Below are positions 18,177-26,783 of a stretch of 45,917 bases of DNA, piece after piece. The stretch lies in assembly GCA_014750165.1 (NCBI GenBank), contig GCA_014750165.1_4319.1, one strand, 5' to 3'. The notes beneath the pieces are model-generated. The model saw nothing but the letters and a program-made list of their open reading frames with translations, was not told the origin of the DNA and did not search any database. Positions within the stretch are counted from its first letter, which is position 1. Every line of letters begins with the position of its first letter. Source of the stretch: a phage. Both the position numbers and the translations under genes were made by a program.

Positions 18177-18608
18177 ATGCACGTAATTACTGGTCAGATT
18201 CGCCGCGCTCCGTTCACCAAAGAAGGTCAAAACGCTAATGGTACATGGAAAATGTTTGCGGTTGATTTGAGTGAGCGATACAAGGATAAAGATGGGCAGA
18301 CTCAGTATAGTAACTATCGCGCCGTCTTCTTCGCCAAAGAGTCCATGTTAGATTGGTATAATGAAGCATTTCAAGAGGGTAAGGTTATTAGCGTTAGTGC
18401 TGAAACATTGGCTGTAGATGTTAGGGATAAAGATGGTAAGACTTACGTTACTGTCAATATGAACAATCCTCGACTTGAATTTAGTCAGCGTGGTGATTCA
18501 GCAACACAACAGACACAGCAAAATCAACATCAGCCAAAACAGCAGCAACAGCAGAATCAACGACAACCACAGCAGCAAAGTCAATTCAACGATGACATCC
18601 CATTCTGA
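18177..18608 (+). CDS. ssb: single-stranded DNA-binding protein
   Basis: OB-fold-sized N-terminus, a Gln-rich linker and the acidic tip DDIPF. Confidence 0.85.
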   Translation: MHVITGQIRRAPFTKEGQNANGTWKMFAVDLSERYKDKDGQTQYSNYRAVFFAKESMLDWYNEAFQEGKVISVSAETLAVDVRDKDGKTYVTVNMNNPRLEFSQRGDSATQQTQQNQHQPKQQQQQNQRQPQQQSQFNDDIPF

Positions 18609-18616
18609 TAAAAGAT

Positions 18617-18640
18617 AAAGCCCCTTTCGGGGCTTTTTTG
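18617..18640. terminator. bidirectional intrinsic terminator
   Basis: AAGCCCC-TTTC-GGGGCTT flanked by an A-run and a T-run, between convergent genes. Confidence 0.75.
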
Positions 18641-21238
18641 TTATGGCCTCATGAATCTAATTGCAGCCTGACCAGACACGCTAACTTCAGATGTATTGTG
18701 ATTAACTAAGAATACGTTAACACTACCAGTCCCGCCACCAGCCCTGGATGCAAATATATCAATACCACTAAGCCCAGAACTAACATCCACGTTTATGAAA
18801 TCACCATACTTAACTCCAGGGACGCTAACTGTTCCTAGAAATGACATTCCACCATTAGCTGCAAGTGTAACAGTGTAGTCAATATATGAAGGCTGTGAGA
18901 ATCCATTAATGAAAACAGATCCATTAACAAGCCCGCCAACATCACAGTTACTTGTGTAATCTATTCTGCTATCAGCGGATGCAGAGAGAGGGTAAGAGTA
19001 CTGCGATCCAGAGACTACAGGTAGGTTGCTTGCGCTAACCCTTACATTTGAACCTGAATTTGCAAGCACTACATAAGAGTTTGCTCCATCACTAATAACA
19101 TCAGAACTTCCACCAGAAACAAAACCAGATAAGTTGACTCCTGAAATATCAACGTCTGAGTTTGTGAATCTAAAAAGATAAGCCTCCTGTCCTTTCGGGT
19201 TTTGGTTTCTCCATGACGGTATCGAAAACCCTGAAATCTTTGCTGAATTGCAGTCAATAAGAACAAAGTCTGATCCGCCATTAATATTAACCTTTGATGA
19301 TTCATGCTGCATTCCAGTTATCGTCAACCCAGGGCACTGAGTTGCAATAAACGGCGTTAAGTTTCCAAAATTAGAGCTGCCATCGTACGCGCAGTTCACC
19401 AAAGTAGCTACGTGACAGTACTTTAGCGCCCATGACGCATAGCAATCAAGCGAGTAGCATGATGAGTACTTAACGGTTGTCCCGTAGTCTTTCCTAAAGC
19501 CCTGAATGCAATCCCACGCCCAGCAATTAACATACTCCATCAAATAAGCTGACGTCACATCGTAGAATCCATAGTAGGCACCTCTTACTATTACATTCTC
19601 AACCTTAAAGTTTGTAACTCCACCTGCGAGAGGGTCAATTGAAGAATCTCTGGTTCCAAAATCAATGCCACGACTAAAACCACTGTCTGTCGTTGGCTTA
19701 CCAGACTGATAGTTAATCCAAAAGTTAGCTATTGACCCACCTGGTTGATATCCGGTAGGGAAGTGCTCGAATCCAGAATGATCACCAGAGCATTGTATAA
19801 TTGTTCCGTATTTTGAATTTGGGTAGGTTGATGCCCCTCTTATGTTTTGAGTTCCGAAAAGTATTGGCCCACTAGTCAAAATTACACCTGGAGGAAAAGT
19901 CACATCCTGAAGCGTCGATGTTGCTCTGTTTGCTGCCGCGGTGTCATCACTTACACCGTCAGCTTTCACTCCAAACCATCTAGCATCAACTGGACCAGTG
20001 TAGCTTCTCTTCCATCTTCTATCCAATGCGTCAACAAGAATAGTACCATCATTGTCCTCGCTAGATGTGTCTGAATCATCTCTCTGGAATATACCAAAAG
20101 CATTATCTGCGATCGTCTCTCTTCCGTAACAACTAATGGAATAATCAGAACCCGAATAACCCCTTATGTCGCTATAGTTTGCCGAACCTATTTTTGAGAG
20201 TGAAGACACTCCTCCAAGATCTGCTTTTGAGTAAACGTCAAGATTAATTCTCGCAGCTTCTTTATTTGGGATGTCGCTAAGGTTGGAAGACCTTAGAAAG
20301 GTTTCACCCTTCGAGTAAACATCAAGCAACCCCCTAACCCTCAAGGCGCTAGAACCACCAGTAGCACCATCTCCACCAGGAACGCTTAGAAGTTCCCTTA
20401 CATAAAAATTCCTAGAACCAGTAGCTCCAGTAAAGGTAATTTCCGCAACCCTAAAAACTGCGTTTGAGGTTGTAGAAGGAGAAATTCTTACTACGTTACT
20501 TCCATTAATACCACGCGTTGCAAGAACATCAATACAAATAGTGGTGTTTGTCGCCGGGAACATTGAACTTAAGTCTGCCGGAATGTTAACCATGTTGTCA
20601 ATTTTGCACTGGTAACTACCACCTGAATAAAATTGCATTGTCTGCCAATCAAGAGATGTTAAAAGTGGAGTTGTTGTGCTTCCTATACCGTGTTCTGCAA
20701 AGTAAGCCACTGCGGCGGTATTCCCGGCTGCATTTATTGCGGCAACGGTTCTGTTGTATGAGTTCTGTGCATTATTGCTAGCACCAACGGCAGTTGATGC
20801 GCTTTCTGCGGCAGCAACCTGACTAGCAAGCGCCTCCGCAGCTCCAGTGGTGGATTGATTTGCAAGTTGCTCGAATCGAGGCCAGTCGAAAGTGTCTTGA
20901 CCAATAAATTGCAGCAATCCTTCGATGGATGTCTCCTTAGACTGGTAGTAACGCAAAGTCTCTGCTACATCCTGAGCTAAACCCTGAACGGTAATCCCAT
21001 CGTGAGCAAGGATCGCATAACCAGTTCCTGCAGGAACAGTTTCAGAATTAGGGTTATAAACATTAATCTGCGTATCGCTGATGATTTCTGAGATGGTGTA
21101 AATCTTCAGGGGGCTTGTTTTAAAAATAATGGTTGCACCTACACGAATCAGTGTAAGCGGTGCTTTCCATGTTGTTCCGACCCCAGTCACCTCGCCATTT
21201 GCGGCTAGCGACGCTGTTCCTAAGTCATAAATTGCCAT
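18641..21238 (-). CDS. tailspike / side tail fibre with beta-helix depolymerase-like domain
   Basis: ATG 21238 (MAIYDLGTASLAANGEVTGVGTTW, a T1-type fibre N-terminus). The central WFGVKADGVSDDTAA... stretch is typical of pectate-lyase-like beta-helices. Confidence 0.75.
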   Translation of the reverse strand: MAIYDLGTASLAANGEVTGVGTTWKAPLTLIRVGATIIFKTSPLKIYTISEIISDTQINVYNPNSETVPAGTGYAILAHDGITVQGLAQDVAETLRYYQSKETSIEGLLQFIGQDTFDWPRFEQLANQSTTGAAEALASQVAAAESASTAVGASNNAQNSYNRTVAAINAAGNTAAVAYFAEHGIGSTTTPLLTSLDWQTMQFYSGGSYQCKIDNMVNIPADLSSMFPATNTTICIDVLATRGINGSNVVRISPSTTSNAVFRVAEITFTGATGSRNFYVRELLSVPGGDGATGGSSALRVRGLLDVYSKGETFLRSSNLSDIPNKEAARINLDVYSKADLGGVSSLSKIGSANYSDIRGYSGSDYSISCYGRETIADNAFGIFQRDDSDTSSEDNDGTILVDALDRRWKRSYTGPVDARWFGVKADGVSDDTAAANRATSTLQDVTFPPGVILTSGPILFGTQNIRGASTYPNSKYGTIIQCSGDHSGFEHFPTGYQPGGSIANFWINYQSGKPTTDSGFSRGIDFGTRDSSIDPLAGGVTNFKVENVIVRGAYYGFYDVTSAYLMEYVNCWAWDCIQGFRKDYGTTVKYSSCYSLDCYASWALKYCHVATLVNCAYDGSSNFGNLTPFIATQCPGLTITGMQHESSKVNINGGSDFVLIDCNSAKISGFSIPSWRNQNPKGQEAYLFRFTNSDVDISGVNLSGFVSGGSSDVISDGANSYVVLANSGSNVRVSASNLPVVSGSQYSYPLSASADSRIDYTSNCDVGGLVNGSVFINGFSQPSYIDYTVTLAANGGMSFLGTVSVPGVKYGDFINVDVSSGLSGIDIFASRAGGGTGSVNVFLVNHNTSEVSVSGQAAIRFMRP

Positions 21239-21261
21239 TGCGTAAAGTCTCCATTTGTAAA

Positions 21262-21292
21262 ATAGCACGAATTGCTAAGTTGGATTGTAGCA
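21262..21292 (-). promoter_or_regulatory. extended -10 promoter with an inverted orphan box at the predicted transcript start
   Basis: Minus strand reads TGcTACAAT (-10 at 21289..21284). The box (21262-21279) is in the opposite orientation to the gene and starts about 7 nt downstream of the hexamer. Confidence 0.45.
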
Positions 21293-21301
21293 TCTTTCAG
21301 G

Positions 21302-21327
21302 TATAAAAAAACCTCCCGAAGGAGGTT
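21302..21327 (-). terminator. intrinsic terminator after the primase gene
   Basis: Minus strand reads AACCTCC-TTCG-GGAGGTT followed by T8. Confidence 0.8.
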
Positions 21328-22249
21328 AGTCTAGTAATTCACTTGCTTTGTATATTCGTTTTCTTATTCCTGACTTAAAAAAATTATCATCATTTGGCAT
21401 TACCACATCAAGATCGCGATCGTCAGCAACGGCGAGTAAATCAAAAGCGTGGCGAGTACAAGCGACGCGTAACTTGTAGTTTCTAAGCGCGTAAGCAACC
21501 ATTTCCATGTTGTAACTGGAGTGGCAAACAAGCACACAGCGGTTCCCTGTAGCAATGTGAACGCGATAGCCGTCAATGAAATTATCGACCAGATAAGCGT
21601 ACTCATCATCTTTAAAGGAACCAATAACAGCAATAGACTGGCGAGTATAATCTTTTGCAGCATAACTAACATCTCCCTCTTCATTGATAAACATTACATT
21701 GCACATTTCTTCTGATATACCATCACTATAGGCCATAAAACAAGGCACTGCGTGTATTAGTTCGCCTGATTTTGCCCTGCCAACATCAAAACCAAACTCA
21801 CTATAGATACCCTCGTATGTACTGAGCGGAGTTGATTCTACTCTTTCCGTCCTTTCCATTATCTCTAAGCATCTTTCGTGATCAATCTTGGCTCCCATTT
21901 TGTAGATCTGGGTTCTTGATGCTTGCTTGTTTGCCTTGTTGACAACCTCAACCGGGATAAGGTTTAGCCACTCACCGAGAACGTCGATACACTCACTGAA
22001 TGACTCGCCTCGAAGCTTCTGGACCCAGAGAATTCCATCCCCTGAGCCGCATTGGTTGCAGATAATGCCGCCATCACCCTCCTCGCTAACCTTGTTAGTC
22101 CATCTTGCCCTATCGTTGCCGCCACAATAAATGCACGGCTGATGCTTCTTAGTCTGGAAAAACTTAGGATCTGCGCCGCATATATTGACAAGAGCCTTAT
22201 CCCACAGGCCTCTCATTCTTGGTAGAACCTCTTTCTTATCGTAGTGCAT
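21326..22249 (-). CDS. DNA primase (P4-type zinc-binding domain)
   Basis: CIYCGGNDRARW...CNQCGSGDGILW matches the primase zinc-ribbon pattern. 307 aa. Confidence 0.7.
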   Translation of the reverse strand: MHYDKKEVLPRMRGLWDKALVNICGADPKFFQTKKHQPCIYCGGNDRARWTNKVSEEGDGGIICNQCGSGDGILWVQKLRGESFSECIDVLGEWLNLIPVEVVNKANKQASRTQIYKMGAKIDHERCLEIMERTERVESTPLSTYEGIYSEFGFDVGRAKSGELIHAVPCFMAYSDGISEEMCNVMFINEEGDVSYAAKDYTRQSIAVIGSFKDDEYAYLVDNFIDGYRVHIATGNRCVLVCHSSYNMEMVAYALRNYKLRVACTRHAFDLLAVADDRDLDVVMPNDDNFFKSGIRKRIYKASELLD

Positions 22250-22270
22250 ATCAATCTATCTCTTAACAAA

Positions 22271-22301
22271 TAAAAAAGGATGTACCGATTATGGCACATC
22301 C
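22271..22301 (-). terminator. intrinsic terminator
   Basis: Minus strand reads GGATGTgCC..GGtACATCC followed by T6. Confidence 0.65.
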
Positions 22302-22307
22302 AATTAT

Positions 22308-22781
22308 TTACCCTTTAGCTTTTCGTGCTGCCTCGTTAGCGGCCTTAATCTTGCGCCATGATCGACACTCTGGCTTGGTGGCTAACTCAGCCTCAGTAAC
22401 CACGCGTAGCATGTGACGCTTTTTGCACCGGAGTGTCAGTGGCTTGCCGTTACCGTCAAATTGCAGGTCTGGTCGGCAGAATGTAGCACGAAAACCCTCT
22501 CCGTTTCGTTTGTAGTAGTTGTGCGACAGTTGAGCACCGCGCGCAGAAATCATACCACGCTTAAACCATTCTTCTACAGCCTGCGGAGTTACCTTTAACT
22601 TCTTTGCAATATTCGCCTTTGTGACGAAGAAATCAAGGAGCATCTCAAGCCGCGCGCGTAGCCCGGCTCTTACTTCATCTTTTAAAACGTAGTAGCCTGA
22701 AGGTCGTTTACGTTGTTTTTTGTCTTCAGTGCGGATAGTTCCGTTATTACCGTTAGTGGTTCGCTTGTCAACTGCATTCAT
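22308..22781 (-). CDS. helix-turn-helix DNA-binding protein
   Basis: ANIAKKLKVTPQAVEEWFKRG is HTH-like. Basic N- and C-termini. 157 aa. Confidence 0.6.
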   Translation of the reverse strand: MNAVDKRTTNGNNGTIRTEDKKQRKRPSGYYVLKDEVRAGLRARLEMLLDFFVTKANIAKKLKVTPQAVEEWFKRGMISARGAQLSHNYYKRNGEGFRATFCRPDLQFDGNGKPLTLRCKKRHMLRVVTEAELATKPECRSWRKIKAANEAARKAKG

Positions 22782-22793
22782 TTCATCACCTCA

Positions 22794-22840
22794 ATAGCAT
22801 TTTTTGTTAAAAGTCATTCAGATTTGATGGTAGTATTGTA
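22794..22840 (+). promoter_or_regulatory. box cassette (T-spacer variant) upstream of the helicase
   Basis: ATAGCATTTTTTGTTAAAA, a 21-nt spacer, then TAGTAT (22831-22836). Confidence 0.45.
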
Positions 22841-22863
22841 CTCAATTAAACGCTACAAGACAA
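22835..22863 (-). promoter_or_regulatory. sigma70-like promoter for the HTH gene
   Basis: Minus strand reads TTGTCT (22863..22858), 17 nt, TACAAT (22840..22835). It overlaps the + strand TAGTAT hexamer. Confidence 0.5.
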
Positions 22864-22882
22864 TTTTTATAGGAATTTAGAT

Positions 22883-24877
22883 ATGTTGCCTATCGAGAAG
22901 CTGGTTGCAAACTTCGATAAAGAAAGAATCAAGCAGATTCAGAAAGATTATCAGTTTGGCGAGATAACCCCTTACGAGTTCCAGTGCGTAACATTCGATG
23001 CAATCGGAAAGGCTATTGGAAAGTACGAGGCCCCATTTATCGCTGACCTTTCCGTGTCTGCGGGTAAGACAATTATTCTCGCTATGATTGGAAAGCGTAT
23101 GGAGCAGCTTGGTCTTCCTTATATGGTCCTCTCTCGCCAGTCAGAGATAATCAGCCAGAACTCAGAAGAGCTTCGCAACTTCGGCATCCGTAACAGCGTC
23201 TATTGCGCTGGCCTTAACGTTAAATCAGTTTACTACCCAACCATAGTCGCTAGTGAAGGTACCGCGGCTAACGGCTTGTTTAAGGGGCTTGGTGACTATG
23301 TTCCGGCAGTTATCGCAATCGATGAGTGTCACATGCTTGATGCTATGGATATCGTTGAAGCCGAGGAGAACGAAGAAACATTTGAGCAAATGAGCACAAA
23401 GAAAGGTGAGATGGTATTTAAGGATGGTGTTAATACCGGGTTGCTTGGCACTGGCCGCGCGCAGTACACGCTAATCATTACCGAGATGAAACGTCGTTGT
23501 CGTGAGAAGTACGGTCGCGAGCTTAGGATTTTTGGCCTTACTGGTAGCCCATATCGTAACAACGATCACATTGTCGTTAGTAACCAAAATGTCCGTGGAT
23601 TCTGGCGCAAAACGGTAATACAAGTACCAACAAATTACCTTGTTGATTTGGGATTCGTTGTTCCAACCGTTTACGGAGAGGTTGGTGATTTGGGTTACGA
23701 CCTTGCAGAGTTTGCGCCAGACGGAAGCGATGGCGTTAAAGACTTTAGCAAGAAAGAAATGGAAGCAATGGCTGCAAAGATTCACGACAACCAATCCATG
23801 ACTCAAAGGATAATGGGTTTTGTTGTAAAAATACTTGAGACTCGAAACGCCGCATTGGTCACCTGTGCTGGCAAACTCCATTGTGATGAGGCTGCTGCGG
23901 CACTCCCAGACGGATACCCCTACGCCATCATCACAGACTCCACTGGAGAGAGGAAGCGCAGAGAGATTCTAGCTGATTGCCAGACTGGAAAGTACAAAAT
24001 AATATTCCAGATTGGCTGTCTAACTACGGGCGTAAACCAGCCATTGTGGGATACCAGCGTTATACTGCGCAAGATTGGCAGTTTGACTTTGATGATTCAG
24101 CTTCTTGGTCGTGGCATGCGAAAACTAAAAAAGGCGCACATAGATGCGGGGTTCAAGAAGGAGGATCACTTGGTATTAGACTTTGCCGGAGCGCTGGATG
24201 ATATGGCCGAGCTTTACTTTGACCCAATAATTGAAGAAATTCAGGCTGAGAAGTTCAAGTCCTCAAGGAAAGGTGGTGATGAGGCCCGTCAGTGCCCGCA
24301 ATGTGGATATGAGAACTCACCATTTGCTCGACGCTGTGGCAATAAGATTGATGGTGTTAGATGCGATCACTTCTTTCAGTTCACAACTTGCGAAGACATT
24401 ACGGACCCACAAACTAAATCGGTAATTAAAAAGGGATGTGGCGCTCGTAACGACATAGCGGCAAAGGTTTGCCGAGAGTGCGGTGAGATGCTTAAAGACC
24501 CGAATGCTAATCTGACCGGTAAGATGTATCGTCGAGGAGATTACTTGCGCGTTTATGATTTCCAGATTGGATTGAGTAAAAATCAAACAGGAATAGTAGT
24601 TAAATACAACATCATGGCACATAACGGAGAGAGGTTTAACGCGTGGGAATTCTTTAACCCTGAGTCTGACCATCGAGTTTGCAGTGTTCTATGGAAAAAC
24701 TTCTGCCTAGCTCATATTGAGAATCGAACAGAAGCAGCACGAATTGGAAGATTAAAGAATGCTAGAATGATCATGACCAACGTAGATAAGTTCCGTGCGC
24801 CAGTGCAAGTAACACACAGAAAAAACGGCAAAGGAAAGGACGTGATCGCGTTTAAGAATTTTGGAGAATTGAAGTGA
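22883..24877 (+). CDS. SF2 DNA helicase (DEAD/DEAH-like) with C-terminal zinc ribbons
   Basis: Walker A SAGKT, motif II DECH, and CPQCG..C..C plus CRECG in the C-terminus. Confidence 0.8.
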   Translation: MLPIEKLVANFDKERIKQIQKDYQFGEITPYEFQCVTFDAIGKAIGKYEAPFIADLSVSAGKTIILAMIGKRMEQLGLPYMVLSRQSEIISQNSEELRNFGIRNSVYCAGLNVKSVYYPTIVASEGTAANGLFKGLGDYVPAVIAIDECHMLDAMDIVEAEENEETFEQMSTKKGEMVFKDGVNTGLLGTGRAQYTLIITEMKRRCREKYGRELRIFGLTGSPYRNNDHIVVSNQNVRGFWRKTVIQVPTNYLVDLGFVVPTVYGEVGDLGYDLAEFAPDGSDGVKDFSKKEMEAMAAKIHDNQSMTQRIMGFVVKILETRNAALVTCAGKLHCDEAAAALPDGYPYAIITDSTGERKRREILADCQTGKYKIIFQIGCLTTGVNQPLWDTSVILRKIGSLTLMIQLLGRGMRKLKKAHIDAGFKKEDHLVLDFAGALDDMAELYFDPIIEEIQAEKFKSSRKGGDEARQCPQCGYENSPFARRCGNKIDGVRCDHFFQFTTCEDITDPQTKSVIKKGCGARNDIAAKVCRECGEMLKDPNANLTGKMYRRGDYLRVYDFQIGLSKNQTGIVVKYNIMAHNGERFNAWEFFNPESDHRVCSVLWKNFCLAHIENRTEAARIGRLKNARMIMTNVDKFRAPVQVTHRKNGKGKDVIAFKNFGELK

Positions 24878-25293
24878 ACATAACAGATAAAGAATATTAC
24901 ATTGAGTTTTACCCAGGTTCAGTTAAGTCATGCCCGAAAGAGGATGACGAACAAATCTTTTGCTCTGATTGGGTTAAGTATAACTATCCAGAGATGGTAT
25001 TTTTCCACTGTGTGAATGAGGGTAAGAAAACCATTGGTCAAGCAAGAAAAGACCAGGCAAAGGGTTTGCTCAAGGGCGTATCAGACTGCATGTTTTTGAT
25101 ACCTGAATCCGTGCGAGGAAGGTATCCATTTGGCGCAATAGAGCTAAAGAGAGCTGGAAAAACACAGGCTAGCCCAGTCAGTAACGAGCAGAAGTCATTC
25201 CTGAAAAGTGTAAGGGAATCAGGAGGTTTCTCCGCTGTGGCTTACGGTCGCGAGGGTTTTCTGGCAGCATTCAAAGAAATGATTTCTAAATAG
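24874..25293 (+). CDS. VRR-NUC domain nuclease
   Basis: GTGA overlap with the helicase. GVSDCMF..IELKR matches the D..E-x-K core. The stop TAG lies inside the box. Confidence 0.7.
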   Translation: MNITDKEYYIEFYPGSVKSCPKEDDEQIFCSDWVKYNYPEMVFFHCVNEGKKTIGQARKDQAKGLLKGVSDCMFLIPESVRGRYPFGAIELKRAGKTQASPVSNEQKSFLKSVRESGGFSAVAYGREGFLAAFKEMISK

Positions 25294-25354
25294 CACGAAT
25301 TGCTAAACTCGATTTTAAAAGATGTTGTATAGTTACTTCATAGAAACGAAACAC
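25289..25354 (+). promoter_or_regulatory. box/-10/leader cassette
   Basis: AATAGCACGAATTGCTAAA, 22 nt, TATAGT (25328-25333), then TCATAGAAACGAAAC. Confidence 0.6.
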
Positions 25355-25370
25355 ATAGAGAGATAAAGAA

Positions 25371-25577
25371 ATGAAATTAATGAAATTGAAACCTATCGAT
25401 ATCCGAGTTGGTGATTATATATATAGTGGATATACAGGAAAAAAGAAATGGCGAAGAGTATCTGAAATAATTGTTCAATCAGCATATAGGTATACATTAA
25501 TTATGAATTCGTGGAACTTATCAGCTGGTAGTTGTTGTGAATTTTTAGTAAAGGGTGTTCGTAACAATACTTTTTAA
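25371..25577 (+). CDS. hypothetical protein
   Basis: 68-aa ORF after the cassette leader and an RBS. Confidence 0.6.
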   Translation: MKLMKLKPIDIRVGDYIYSGYTGKKKWRRVSEIIVQSAYRYTLIMNSWNLSAGSCCEFLVKGVRNNTF

Positions 25578-25580
25578 TTA

Positions 25581-25645
25581 ATAGCACGAATTGCTAAAGA
25601 CTAATCGGTGAGGTGGTGTATTATCACCACATCGAAACGAAACGC
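25581..25645 (+). promoter_or_regulatory. box/-10/leader cassette
   Basis: ATAGCACGAATTGCTAAA, 22 nt, TATTAT (25619-25624) in the loop of GTGGTG..CACCAC, then ACATCGAAACGAAACGC. Confidence 0.6.
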
Positions 25646-25660
25646 AGAGAGATAAACAAA

Positions 25661-25855
25661 ATGGCTACTATCTACACTGGTAAATTCTACGAATCACGCA
25701 AAACCGGTTACGAATATGAATTAGTAATCACCCCTGATGGTTATGTTCTTGACGATGGAGATGGTTACGCATTTGATGTTAGCCCAACTTACAAAGATGA
25801 TTTAGAAACTGTTAAAAACGCATTTGGCGAAAAATTTGACGAGGTATCAGAATAA
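25661..25855 (+). CDS. hypothetical protein
   Basis: ATG 25661 follows the leader. The track start 25613 lies inside the cassette. Confidence 0.6.
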   Translation: MATIYTGKFYESRKTGYEYELVITPDGYVLDDGDGYAFDVSPTYKDDLETVKNAFGEKFDEVSE

Positions 25856-26076
25856 TGGCAATTTTTAAATTTGAGCACCAATTGGAAGTGTTTAAGTTAA
25901 TGGCAGTTGAGGAGCTAAAGAAATCTGGATATAACAAAAACCCGTGGGACTTAGCATTTTGCCTGGATATGAGCTTTGAAGAAGACTACATGAACACTGA
26001 TATCGAGACATGGCGTGACCGTATGGTTGCTGACATTGCGGAAATGAAAAAAGATTGCCCAGAGGATTTTGAATAA
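25855..26076 (+). CDS. hypothetical protein
   Basis: TAATG overlap with the upstream gene; 73 aa. Confidence 0.6.
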   Translation: MAIFKFEHQLEVFKLMAVEELKKSGYNKNPWDLAFCLDMSFEEDYMNTDIETWRDRMVADIAEMKKDCPEDFE

Positions 26077-26201
26077 TGAAAATTGTAGACAAAGAGATGT
26101 TTAGGGTTGCCCAGAATTTTGCTGAATTTGCAGTTGAGTTTCAATCAGAAGAGCATTGGATGTGCGCTAGAGAATATCTAAAACTGGCTTACGGACTATG
26201 A
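26076..26201 (+). CDS. hypothetical 41-aa protein
   Basis: TAATG overlap at its start and ATGA overlap at its end fill the gap between the flanking genes. Below the ORF-track cutoff. Confidence 0.45.
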   Translation: MKIVDKEMFRVAQNFAEFAVEFQSEEHWMCAREYLKLAYGL

Positions 26202-26446
26202 TAGTTGAAACCGGACGCGCCGCCGTATGGGCGCACTGTGGAGAGGCGGGGTTGCAGAATGACATTAAGCAGATATCCCGCTTCTTTGACATAAAAGATA
26301 TCAGTGTTGTTTTTAATGGTAAATTCTCTTACATGGATGAGCGACCAAGAAAATACGTAAGAGTTAAGCCAGGCGTCAGGATTGATGTTAATGAGTTCCT
26401 TAAATCTGAGGGATTCAAGTTTAAGATAACCAAGCCTAAGGATTGA
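26198..26446 (+). CDS. hypothetical protein
   Basis: 82-aa ORF. Confidence 0.55.
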   Translation: MIVETGRAAVWAHCGEAGLQNDIKQISRFFDIKDISVVFNGKFSYMDERPRKYVRVKPGVRIDVNEFLKSEGFKFKITKPKD

Positions 26447-26448
26447 GT

Positions 26449-26700
26449 ATGTTGGGTTTAGATTTTCAGCCAGAGCATTACGATTTAGCATATGGTAAAA
26501 GTGGTGCAAAGTTTAGAGCGATCCCTATTGCTGACTGGTTCCCTCCTGATTATGTGGATGTGAACGCAAAAACTAAAGACGGCAATTGGGTGCAGATTTA
26601 TTACTCGCCAGCATGTGGAAACCTTTGTATGACTGACCTTGATCAGAAATTAGCAATTAGTGCGGAAGTTATCGACTACTGGTTGAAAGAAGTTGAATGA
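26449..26700 (+). CDS. hypothetical protein
   Basis: ATG 26449 lies 6 nt after AAGGA (track start is TTG 26443). Confidence 0.55.
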   Translation: MLGLDFQPEHYDLAYGKSGAKFRAIPIADWFPPDYVDVNAKTKDGNWVQIYYSPACGNLCMTDLDQKLAISAEVIDYWLKEVE

Positions 26701-26783
26701 AGAGCCTGATACTAGTAGCATTAGTCCCACTGTTTAGCTTTACTATCTTATACTTTATCGTAATGAATTAAGGAACTTATATA

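Noticed and set aside
18480-18600. The CAG/CAA-rich repeat tract, considered as a possible repeat element.
   Set aside because: It encodes the Gln-rich flexible linker preceding the acidic DDIPF tip, which is normal for an SSB.
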